Positions 10,335 through 19,055 of a stretch of DNA of 48,207 bases are shown here, one piece after another. How positions within the stretch are numbered: position 1 is the first letter of the stretch; the number at the start of each line of letters is the position of its first letter. Both the position numbers and the translations under genes were made by a program. This stretch comes from an uncultured Bacteroidales bacterium (GTDB taxonomy: Bacteria > Bacteroidota > Bacteroidia > Bacteroidales > Muribaculaceae): the NCBI GenBank assembly GCA_900549375.1, contig URNY01000001.1:1-48207 (forward strand), given 5' to 3'. The notes under the pieces are model-generated. The model saw only the letters and a program-made list of their open reading frames with translations, was not told the DNA's origin and ran no database searches.

Positions 10335-10496
10335 ATTTGGCAGGTCTCCTGACTTATCCCCCTGTCAATACCTTCCCATCGGGACAACCGACAGTGGCTT
10401 CTTATTGACAGGTTTTGAAGGAATTACAGTAGCGGGTCTGTTCCGGATTCTCACCGGATTCCCTATTAATCGCGCATTCGCGAACCAAAACCGCGT
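10335..10496 (-). ncRNA. Cobalamin (B12) riboswitch
   Basis: Minus strand reads GGTTC...AATAGGGAATCCGGTGAGAATCCGGAACAGACCCGCTACTGTAA...AGCCACTG...TGGGAAGGT...AAGTCAGGAGACCTGCC, the canonical B12-element motifs including the B12 box. Confidence 0.95.
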
Positions 10497-10527
10497 CAAA
10501 GTTAAGAATTTTTTGTTATTCGACAAA
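10497..10527 (-). promoter_or_regulatory. Bacteroidetes housekeeping promoter of the riboswitch operon
   Basis: TTTG-N19-TAACTTTG on the minus strand immediately 5' of the riboswitch. Confidence 0.75.
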
Positions 10528-10610
10528 ATTATATTTAATCTGTATTAGGCATTCGCCTTACATTCTTTTGTCAAATGTCAAATTATCTGAAAATTTTTTT
10601 GCGGTTGATG

Positions 10611-10661
10611 TTTGATTGTGTCAAAATTATTATATAGTTTTGCACTAACATTATTGTTAGT
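10611..10661 (+). promoter_or_regulatory. tetR promoter and putative TetR operator
   Basis: TTTG(10611)-N20-TAGTTTTG(10635-10642), followed directly by the palindrome ACTAACA-TTAT-TGTTAGT (10644-10661). Confidence 0.7.
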
Positions 10662-10687
10662 CATTACTATTAAATATATTTGTTGAT

Positions 10688-11320
10688 ATGACAGAGCAAC
10701 TGAAGCAACAGCCGACAACGGAGGAGTTGATTCTTCAAGCTGCTGAAAAGGAGTTTCTTGAGAAGGGCTACTCCGGAGCAAAGACAACTGCGATAGCGGA
10801 AGCGGCGGGAGTGACCCACGCGATGTTCCACTATTATTTCCGCACCAAGGATAAACTTTTCGAAAAAATTGTGGCCGAAAAAATGGAGCGATTAAAGGAT
10901 TTGATGTTCGCCGCCATCGGAAATCCGGAGCTTCCGCTTAAAGATAGAATAATACAAGGAGTGGAGAGCCATTTCGATTTCATAGCCGCCAATCCGCTGC
11001 TTCCCCGATTCCTCTTTAATGAGCTCTATCTCAACAGAGACAGAATCGAAGGTGCCAAGGGTCGCCTGATAGGTATTGCCAACAGCTGTATCAACGACCT
11101 TCAGAACGCCATCGACAATGAAGCTGCGCGTGGCGGCTGCCGCAAGGCCGAAGCCCGCATGGTGCTCCTCGACATTATTTCGCTCAATATCTTCCCGTTT
11201 ATCGTAGAGCCTGTGCTCAACGGTATTTTGGCCTCCACCAACGAAAGTTTCGAATCCTTGCTCGAAAAGCGCAAGAAGGAGAATGTGAATACAATACTCG
11301 GTAAACTAAACCTATTATAA
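10688..11320 (+). CDS. TetR/AcrR family transcriptional regulator
   Basis: ILQAAEKEFLEKGYSGAKTTAIAEAAGVTHAMFHYYFRTKDKLF helix-turn-helix. Confidence 0.95.
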   Translation: MTEQLKQQPTTEELILQAAEKEFLEKGYSGAKTTAIAEAAGVTHAMFHYYFRTKDKLFEKIVAEKMERLKDLMFAAIGNPELPLKDRIIQGVESHFDFIAANPLLPRFLFNELYLNRDRIEGAKGRLIGIANSCINDLQNAIDNEAARGGCRKAEARMVLLDIISLNIFPFIVEPVLNGILASTNESFESLLEKRKKENVNTILGKLNLL

Positions 11321-11321
11321 T

Positions 11322-12608
11322 ATGACAAGGCGAAACATATCGGCCTTTCTGCTTGCAGGATGTTGCGCAGTATATTCTTATGCGGGAGTGACGGTGGAGC
11401 AATGCGTGGAAGCAGCCCGGGATAATTATCCGTTGATTCAGAAATACGATATCCTGAATCAGAGCAGACAGCTCGACCTGTCGGATATCAACAAGAGCTG
11501 GCTCCCTCAAATCGGCGTGTATGCACAGGGAACGGCTCAGAATGCGGTGCCCTCTTTCCCCGACGGGCTTTCCCACATGCTCGAACAGATCGGAACCGAA
11601 ATGTCGGGTCTCGGCAAACTTCAGTATAAAATAGGCGTCGACTTCAGTCAGACTATCTGGGACGGAGGAAGCTCGAAAGCAAGCAGGGCGATTGCGGAAA
11701 GCGAGAACGCAAGCCGTGTAGCGGCTCTCGACACGGAACTATATGCCGTGCGCCAGAGAGTTGAAAATCTCTTTTTCGGCATTTTGCTGATTGAGGAACA
11801 GATAAAACAGGCCGAACAGACAAAAAAACTTCTTGAACGCAATCTTGAAAAGCTTAAGGCCATGAAAGCGCACGGAGCGGCCATGCAGAGCGATATGGAT
11901 ATGGTGGAGGCACAGATGCTTACGGTGAGCCAGCAGGTCATTCAGGCCAAGAGTCAGGCCCAAAGCTATCGAAAGCTTCTGGGTTTATATACAGGCAGGA
12001 CTGTGGAGGGTGAAAACCTCGTAAAACCTGAGCTTGAGATACCTGCGGCGCTGACTTCCAACCGCCCGGAGATGAATCTCTTCGAGGCTCGCATAAAGGC
12101 CAACGATGCGCGTCTCGGAAGCATAAAGGCATCCCTGATGCCCCGCATCGGTTTCTTTGCCCAGGCCTACTACGGTTATCCGGGATTCAACTATTTCAAA
12201 AGTATGCTCAACCGCGACATGTCGTTCAATATTATGGCAGGAGTGAAAATATCATAGAATATCGGCTCTTTCTATACCAAGGGGAACAATGAGCTCAAGC
12301 TGCGTCTGGCAAATAATGATATAACCGCCGACCGCGACCTCTTTCTCTTCAACACCGGTCTTCAGATAGAATCGCAGACAGAGCAGATTTCCGAACTGAG
12401 GGATATCATGAAAGATGATGCCCGCATAGTGTCGCTCCGACAGAATGTGCGCGCCGCAGCCGAGTCGCAACTAAACAACGGAGTGATCGATGCGACCGCA
12501 CTCCTCACCAAAATCACCGACGAGAACCTTGCACGGATAAACTCCACCTATCATGAAATACAACTTCTTCAAAGTATATATCAACTGAAATATATCCTAA
12601 ACCGATGA
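11322..12608 (+). pseudogene. TolC-family outer membrane efflux protein with internal TAG at 12255-12257
   Basis: The frame continues past the stop (GVKIS*NIGSFYTKGNN...) and joins ORF 12408-12608 in the same frame; the stop sits where a Trp (S-W-N) is expected. Confidence 0.85.
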
Positions 12609-13492
12609 AAAAGTCTTTTTTATATGTTACTTTGGCAATCATTGCATCCTCATGCCAGAGCAAGCCGGAATATGACGCTACCGGAATATTCGAGGCCACG
12701 ACCGTAACGGTTTCCGCCGAGACAAACGGCAAAATACTATCACTCAATATTTCCGAAGGAGACAGCGTGACGAACGGCCAGCGCGTGGCCGTGATCGACA
12801 CTACGTTGCTCGTGTTGCAATATAAACAGCTTCAGAGCCGCCAGTCGTCAACCGAAAGCTCCACACCCGACATCGCGGCGCAGGCCGCCTCACTGCGGTC
12901 GCAGATCGCCCACCAGCAGAATGAATGCGACCGCATAGCGCGTCTTCTTGCCGATGGAGCAGCCACACAAAAGCAATGCGACGATGCCGACGCAGCCCTG
13001 CGCACGCTCCGCGCCCAGCTCGACGGGCTTCTCTCCACTCTCGGCAAAAACCGCTCATCGATTTCCGACAATGCCGTCGCCCTGCAATATCAGAAGGAGC
13101 AGATCGGCGAGCAGATTCAGAAAAGCTATATCTCGGCTCCCATCACAGGCACCGTGCTGCAAAAATATGCCGAGGCGGGAGAGTTCGCCTCGCCGGGGCG
13201 TCCCCTTTTCAAGGTAGCGAATCTCAATGATATATATCTAAGGAGCTATTTCACCGCCAATCAGCTTGCCGATTTGAAGATCGGACAGAAAGTTACGGTG
13301 ATCGCCGATTTCGGGGGTGAGGAGCAATTTGAATATCCCGGCAGAATCACCTGGATTGCCCAGGAAAGCGAGTTCACGCCCAAATCAATCCAGACAAACG
13401 ACACAAGGGCCAACCTCGTATACGCGGTGAAGATTGCCGTGAAAAACGACGGCCGGCTGAAACTTGGTCAATACGGTGAAGTGCGCCTATGA
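12605..13492 (+). CDS. HlyD-family membrane fusion protein (lipoprotein)
   Basis: Lipobox SSC; DATGIFEA, ISAPITGTVL and SEFTPKSIQT motifs. Confidence 0.92.
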   Translation: MKKSFLYVTLAIIASSCQSKPEYDATGIFEATTVTVSAETNGKILSLNISEGDSVTNGQRVAVIDTTLLVLQYKQLQSRQSSTESSTPDIAAQAASLRSQIAHQQNECDRIARLLADGAATQKQCDDADAALRTLRAQLDGLLSTLGKNRSSISDNAVALQYQKEQIGEQIQKSYISAPITGTVLQKYAEAGEFASPGRPLFKVANLNDIYLRSYFTANQLADLKIGQKVTVIADFGGEEQFEYPGRITWIAQESEFTPKSIQTNDTRANLVYAVKIAVKNDGRLKLGQYGEVRL

Positions 13493-14400
13493 ACCCCGCT
13501 ATTGAGATAAAGGGAATATCCAAAAGCTACGGAAAGCTCCGGGCACTCGACAACGTTTCGTTCTCGGTTCCCGAGGGCTCGATGTTCGGGCTGATAGGGC
13601 CTGACGGATCGGGAAAATCCTCGCTCTATAAAATCCTCACGACCCTTCTCAATCCCGACAGCGGCACGGCCACCGTAGCCGGACATGACGTAGTGAAGGA
13701 TTTTAGGAAGATTCGCTCAGAAATCGGTTATATGCCGGAGCGATTTTCACTTTATCCGGACCTGAGCGTTAATGAGAATCTGCATTTCTTCGCATCTCTT
13801 TTCGGGGTCAGCGTAAAGGATAACTACGACCTGATCGCTCCTTTTTTCGATCAGCTGGCAAAATTCCCGAACCGCATGGCCGGTGCTTTGTCGGGAGGGA
13901 TGAAACAGAAACTCGCTTTGGGGTGCGCGTTGATCCATCGTCCGAAAATTCTTCTGCTCGACGAGCCGACCACGGGAGTCGACGCCGTGTCGCGTAGTGA
14001 GTTCTGGGATATGCTCGCCACTCTCAGGGAAAAGGGAATCACAATTCTTGTCTCCACCTCCTACATGGATGAGGCTCAGCGTTGCGACAGGATAGCGCTG
14101 ATCGACAAGGGACATATTCTTGATGTCGACACTCCCGACAGGCTCATGGCAGGAATCGGAGAAAACCTCTATAATGCTTCGGCCGGCGAGATGTATCGTC
14201 TGCTGATGTTCTTGCGCCAAATGCCGGATGTGCGTAGTTGCTATACTTTCGGTGCGACACTTCACGTTGTGGCAGCCTCCGGTTTCGACCCTGCGGAAGC
14301 GGCAAAAACCTTGACCGCCGCCGGACTTGCCGATGTGAGGATATATCCCGCAAAAGGAGATATCGAAGATCTGTTCATAAAACTCGCAGACAATGAATGA
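13489..14400 (+). CDS. ABC transporter ATP-binding protein
   Basis: GPDGSGKS, LSGGMKQKL and LLLDEPTTGVD motifs. Confidence 0.95.
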   Translation: MNPAIEIKGISKSYGKLRALDNVSFSVPEGSMFGLIGPDGSGKSSLYKILTTLLNPDSGTATVAGHDVVKDFRKIRSEIGYMPERFSLYPDLSVNENLHFFASLFGVSVKDNYDLIAPFFDQLAKFPNRMAGALSGGMKQKLALGCALIHRPKILLLDEPTTGVDAVSRSEFWDMLATLREKGITILVSTSYMDEAQRCDRIALIDKGHILDVDTPDRLMAGIGENLYNASAGEMYRLLMFLRQMPDVRSCYTFGATLHVVAASGFDPAEAAKTLTAAGLADVRIYPAKGDIEDLFIKLADNE

Positions 14401-15136
14401 GGAATATTCAATTTCCGTAAGGAATCTGGTGAAAAGATTCGGCAGTTTCACGGCTGTCGACAATATCAGCTTCAACGTGGAGCGCGGAGAGATTTTCGGC
14501 TTTCTCGGCGCCAACGGTGCCGGAAAGACCACTGCCATGCGCATGCTCTGCGGCCTGAGCAGCCCTACTTCCGGAACGGGCACCGTGGCCGGATTCGATA
14601 TCAATACCGGAGCAGAGCAGATCAAGAGACATATCGGATATATGAGTCAGAAATTCTCCCTTTATGAAGACCTTACTGTAGCGGAAAATCTCAGGTTGTT
14701 TTCGACAATCTACGGCATGTCTGACCGAAAGATAGCTGAGAAATCGGAAGAGGTGTTCAAGGCTCTGGAAATGGAGGGAATGAAGAATACTCTGGTAAAG
14801 GATATTCCCAACGGATGGAAACAGAAGCTTGCCTTCTCATCGGCCACGATGCACCGCCCGGAAGTGGTTTTTCTCGATGAGCCGACAGGGGGCGTCGATC
14901 CCGTGACGCGCCGCAAGTTCTGGGAACTGATATATCAGGCCTCATCGCAGGGGATGACGATATTCGTGACCACCCATTATCTCGACGAAGCGGAATATTG
15001 CAACCGCATATCCATCATGGTCGACGGGCGCATCAAGGCTCTTGACAGTCCGCAGAATCTGAAGAAAACGTATAATGCCGCGACGATGGACGAAGTTTTC
15101 CGCATAGTTGCAAAAGAGGCAAAAAGAGGAGATTGA
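14393..15136 (+). CDS. ABC transporter ATP-binding protein
   Basis: GANGAGKT and VFLDEPTGGVD motifs. Confidence 0.95.
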   Translation: MNEEYSISVRNLVKRFGSFTAVDNISFNVERGEIFGFLGANGAGKTTAMRMLCGLSSPTSGTGTVAGFDINTGAEQIKRHIGYMSQKFSLYEDLTVAENLRLFSTIYGMSDRKIAEKSEEVFKALEMEGMKNTLVKDIPNGWKQKLAFSSATMHRPEVVFLDEPTGGVDPVTRRKFWELIYQASSQGMTIFVTTHYLDEAEYCNRISIMVDGRIKALDSPQNLKKTYNAATMDEVFRIVAKEAKRGD

Positions 15137-15139
15137 ATT

Positions 15140-16189
15140 ATGTCGGTATTCATATCCATGATAAAAAAGGAAACGCTGCATTTAGTGCGCGATTTCCGCA
15201 CTCTGACGGTAGTCCTGATTATGCCGCTGGTGCTCCTTATACTGTTCGGTTTCGCCATATCCACCGAAGTCAACAACGTCAACATCGTAGCGGTGGTCAC
15301 GATGCACGACGACACATCGCGCGGCTTTATCGAGAAACTGCGCACCAATTCATATTTCACATTCAAGGGAATCGTCCCCTTTGAAAACGTCGAGCCGATG
15401 CTCCGGCGTGGTGAGGCCGATGCCGCCTTGATTCTGAAGACAGACGGCGGTAACACCGACTATCAGATTATCACTGACGCATCGAACACAAGTATGGCGC
15501 AGACAGCTGCCGGATATGTGGAGAGTGTGCTCGCCCAAGGCGTGAAGCCTCCTGTTCTTACGCGCACTCTCTACAATCCGCAGCTCAAGAGCGCATATAA
15601 TTTCGTACCCGGCATCATGGGCATGATTTTCATCCTGATATGCGCCATGATGACCTCCGTTTCGATAGTGAGCGAGAAGGAAACGGGCACGATGAACCTC
15701 CTGCTTGTCTCTCCCGTGAGGCCGCAGACAATCATACTCGGCAAGTTGGTGCCCTACTTCATTCTGTCGTGTGTGATTCTGACATTGACGTTGCTGATCA
15801 GCTACACACTGTTGGGACTGAATGTGTCGCCAAGCATTTTCAATGTGATATGGGTATCGCTGATTTATATCATCTTGGCCCTCTCCCTCGGATTGTTCAT
15901 ATCGACGATAGCAAACACTCAGGTCACGGCTCTGCTCGTTTCGGGCGTTCTGCTGATGCTTCCTGTGGTGATGCTTTCGGGAATGATATTTCCCGTCGAC
16001 AACATGCCGGCGATTCTCCAATGGCTGTCATGCATAATCCCGGCCCGATGGTATGTCTCGGCTATGCGTGTTTTAATGGTGCAGCAACTTCCGGTGGAAT
16101 ATATAATGACCGAGGTTTCGGTTCTGATCGCGATGACTGTTATCGTATTGATTCTTGCCATCAGAAAGTTCAATACAAAAAAGGTATAA
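15140..16189 (+). CDS. ABC-2 type permease
   Basis: YNP.LKSAYNFVPG and SIVSEKETGTM motifs; multiple TM helices. Confidence 0.92.
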   Translation: MSVFISMIKKETLHLVRDFRTLTVVLIMPLVLLILFGFAISTEVNNVNIVAVVTMHDDTSRGFIEKLRTNSYFTFKGIVPFENVEPMLRRGEADAALILKTDGGNTDYQIITDASNTSMAQTAAGYVESVLAQGVKPPVLTRTLYNPQLKSAYNFVPGIMGMIFILICAMMTSVSIVSEKETGTMNLLLVSPVRPQTIILGKLVPYFILSCVILTLTLLISYTLLGLNVSPSIFNVIWVSLIYIILALSLGLFISTIANTQVTALLVSGVLLMLPVVMLSGMIFPVDNMPAILQWLSCIIPARWYVSAMRVLMVQQLPVEYIMTEVSVLIAMTVIVLILAIRKFNTKKV

Positions 16190-16190
16190 T

Positions 16191-17300
16191 ATGAATCTGA
16201 GAATACTGAAAATACTGCTGAAAAAGGAGATACTCCTTCTGAAGCGCAATCCTTTCATTCCCAAAGTCATAATAGCGCTACCGATTATGGCCATGCTCAT
16301 ACTTCCCCTTGTGGCGAATCTTGATGTGAAGAATGTGAGCGTTGCCGTGGTCGACAACGACCGGTCCGAACTGTCGCGCAGAATACTGGCCGACATGGAC
16401 GCTTCGGAATATCTGTCGGTTAAGAAATGCTGTTTCCTTTTCCGTGAAGCATTGCATAGTGTGGAAAGCGGCGAGGTCGATGCCATTCTGGCTATTCCGG
16501 CAGATTATTCAAAAGAACTTGTAAACGGCCGCAATCCGCAGCTTATGCTCGATGCCAACGGGGTAAACGCCATGAAAGGGATGCTCGGCGCCCGTTATGT
16601 CACTCAAGCGGCCATCGGCACCTTGTCGCAATGGAGAGCCGAGAGGGGGCTCGCCCCGGCGTTGCCGCAGGTCAGCGTGATGAATTATTATAATCCGACA
16701 CTTAATTTCAGGAATTATATGATTCCGGCCCTGATGGTTGTGCTTATCATTATAATTTGCGGATTTCTGCCCACACTGAACCTTGTAAGCGAAAAGGAGA
16801 CCGGAACGATCGAAGCCATGAATGTGACGCCCGTCGGGAAGTTCACCTTCGTGCTGTCGAAGCTCATCCCCTACTGGGTGGTGGGCATACTGGTAATCAC
16901 TGTCGGAATGCTTATAGGCCGGTTCGTCTATGGTCTCGCACCGGCCGGCAACATCGGCGACATCTATTTGGCCGCCATTCTGTTCAGCCTTGTGATGTCG
17001 GGACTGGGCGTGACTATCGCCAACAACTCGGCAACCATCCTCCAGAGCATCTTCATCATGTTTGCCTTCATCATGATATTCCAGCTGATGGGCGGACTGT
17101 TCACACCGATTTCATCGATGCCTCAATGGGCACAATATATTACGTATGCCGTGCCTCCGCGCTATTTCATCGAGATAATGCGCTCGATATATCTGAAAGG
17201 AACAGGCATAGCCGACCTCTCCGCTCAATATACGGCCCTGGCCGGCTATGCCACCTTCCTCTGCTCGCTGGCAGCCCTTACTTATAAAAAGAGAACCTGA
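16191..17300 (+). CDS. ABC-2 type permease
   Basis: YNPTLNFRNYMIP and LVSEKETGTIEAMNVTP motifs; start moved to ATG 16191. Confidence 0.92.
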   Translation: MNLRILKILLKKEILLLKRNPFIPKVIIALPIMAMLILPLVANLDVKNVSVAVVDNDRSELSRRILADMDASEYLSVKKCCFLFREALHSVESGEVDAILAIPADYSKELVNGRNPQLMLDANGVNAMKGMLGARYVTQAAIGTLSQWRAERGLAPALPQVSVMNYYNPTLNFRNYMIPALMVVLIIIICGFLPTLNLVSEKETGTIEAMNVTPVGKFTFVLSKLIPYWVVGILVITVGMLIGRFVYGLAPAGNIGDIYLAAILFSLVMSGLGVTIANNSATILQSIFIMFAFIMIFQLMGGLFTPISSMPQWAQYITYAVPPRYFIEIMRSIYLKGTGIADLSAQYTALAGYATFLCSLAALTYKKRT

Positions 17301-19037
17301 TCAATTATATCCCTTGTTCTGGACATACAAACCCGGAACATAGTACAGCTGGTTATAAGGAATCGGATAGAATTCATTCTTGCCGGGAGTGTAATGGGCA
17401 TCCTCATAATATTGACCATAACGGGTTCCATTATAGGATGCGTTTTTCTCGGATTCGAAATATGCGTTGAGCACTGTCGAGGCTATTCCCCAGCGTCGAA
17501 GGTCGAAATACCGGCTGCTCTCCATAGCCATCTCAAGGCGGCGCTCCCAACGCAGACATTCGCGGGCCGTTTCTTTATTTGCAAAATACGAGGCGGGATA
17601 GAGTGCGATCTCACAAAAATCCTTGGCGTATGCGATATGCTTATTGACCGAGTTGGCGGCGCGTTGGCGTATGTCGTTTATGATTTCGCGGGCTTCCGTC
17701 AGCCTGTCGAGTTCAATAAGGGCTTCGGCGCGCATCAGCATCACATCAGTGTAGCGGAACACGTAATCATTCATAGCGAAAGCCTGCCATGAACCCTCGA
17801 AAGTCTCTCCATTGCTGCGCTGAGGCACCTCTTTGAGGGAAGTATAATAGCCATAGGTGTTGGGCGTGCGAGAATTGTTCATAGTCATCGTATACTCGCT
17901 CTCATACTTATAGGGGAAGGTGGGCATGCCGACGGTGTGGAATAGGCGCGGATCCCATTTCTGAGCGGTCGGGGTGCCGTTTACCGGGTAATCATTTGCA
18001 TCATTGAACGAATCGAACATAGGAAGGCCATCTTTGGTTTTGAACGCATTAACAAGATTCTGAGAAGGCTTGTGGAAATCCCATCCACACGACCACATCC
18101 CCCAGCACCCGTTGAGTGTATTGGACCAGTTGGCGCGTCCGTATTTTGTATGATCCTCGGTATACTGCGAAGTCTGCACAGCGAATACGGATTCTTTGCT
18201 GTTCTTGTATTCCGGCAGGAATATGTCGCCGAAATCCTCGAGATATCCGTAGCGGGAGTTCTTCACAACATCGGTATATTCCACAACCTTTTTCATATAA
18301 TCTCCGTTAATGAAATCAATACCGTCGGTGGCTTCATAACCGTCGCCCCATGCGAGCGTGAGATAACATTTGGCGAGATATGCTGCGGCGGCTACTTTGT
18401 TGGCGCGGCCTGCGCCATCCTCCGTTTCCATGGGCAGCACTTTGTAGGCCTGTTCGAACTCACCGATCACCTTCCCCATGAGTTCCTGATATGTGAATTC
18501 ATTGTTGCGGACCTGCTCATGAGAGCTCTGCTCGAAAACTGCTTTGTCGATCCAAGGAACCTGTCGGAACATCGTGACGAGCTTGAAATAGCTGTGTCCT
18601 CTTAGGAAATGGACTTCTCCCACACGCTGCGCAGCTGTCTTCTCGCCGAGTTTCTCCACCCCGTGCTGCTCGAGGGCAGTCAGAGCGCGGTTGCAGCGGG
18701 AGATGTTGCAATAGAGGCGATACCAGAGTTCATCGAGTTCTCCGGGTGTCGAGGTCAACGTCGACCATATTTCCATCGGATGGTAACCGGTGTCGGTTGT
18801 TCCTCCGCCACCTTTCAGGCAGTCGTCGGAGCCGAGATCGCCGTAAGGCCAGAGATTGAAAGGATAGCTGAACCAGCAGTCGCCTAAAGAAGCGTAAGCC
18901 GCATTCACCATTTTGTCGGGTTCGGAATAAGCGAGGTCCCCGTCGATCACGCCTGTCGGAGGCACATCGATAAAATCATTGCACGCTGCGAGAGTCGATG
19001 CGAGTGCAAGGAGGATATATATTTTTAAAGATTTCAT
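17301..19037 (-). CDS. susD: RagB/SusD family lipoprotein (fructan PUL)
   Basis: Lipobox LAAC; GEVHFLRG, FRYTDVMLMRAEALIE and WERRLEMAMESSRYFDLRRWG motifs. Confidence 0.92.
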   Translation of the reverse strand: MKSLKIYILLALASTLAACNDFIDVPPTGVIDGDLAYSEPDKMVNAAYASLGDCWFSYPFNLWPYGDLGSDDCLKGGGGTTDTGYHPMEIWSTLTSTPGELDELWYRLYCNISRCNRALTALEQHGVEKLGEKTAAQRVGEVHFLRGHSYFKLVTMFRQVPWIDKAVFEQSSHEQVRNNEFTYQELMGKVIGEFEQAYKVLPMETEDGAGRANKVAAAAYLAKCYLTLAWGDGYEATDGIDFINGDYMKKVVEYTDVVKNSRYGYLEDFGDIFLPEYKNSKESVFAVQTSQYTEDHTKYGRANWSNTLNGCWGMWSCGWDFHKPSQNLVNAFKTKDGLPMFDSFNDANDYPVNGTPTAQKWDPRLFHTVGMPTFPYKYESEYTMTMNNSRTPNTYGYYTSLKEVPQRSNGETFEGSWQAFAMNDYVFRYTDVMLMRAEALIELDRLTEAREIINDIRQRAANSVNKHIAYAKDFCEIALYPASYFANKETARECLRWERRLEMAMESSRYFDLRRWGIASTVLNAYFESEKNASYNGTRYGQYYEDAHYTPGKNEFYPIPYNQLYYVPGLYVQNKGYN

Positions 19038-19055
19038 TATTAGTCGCAATTATAG

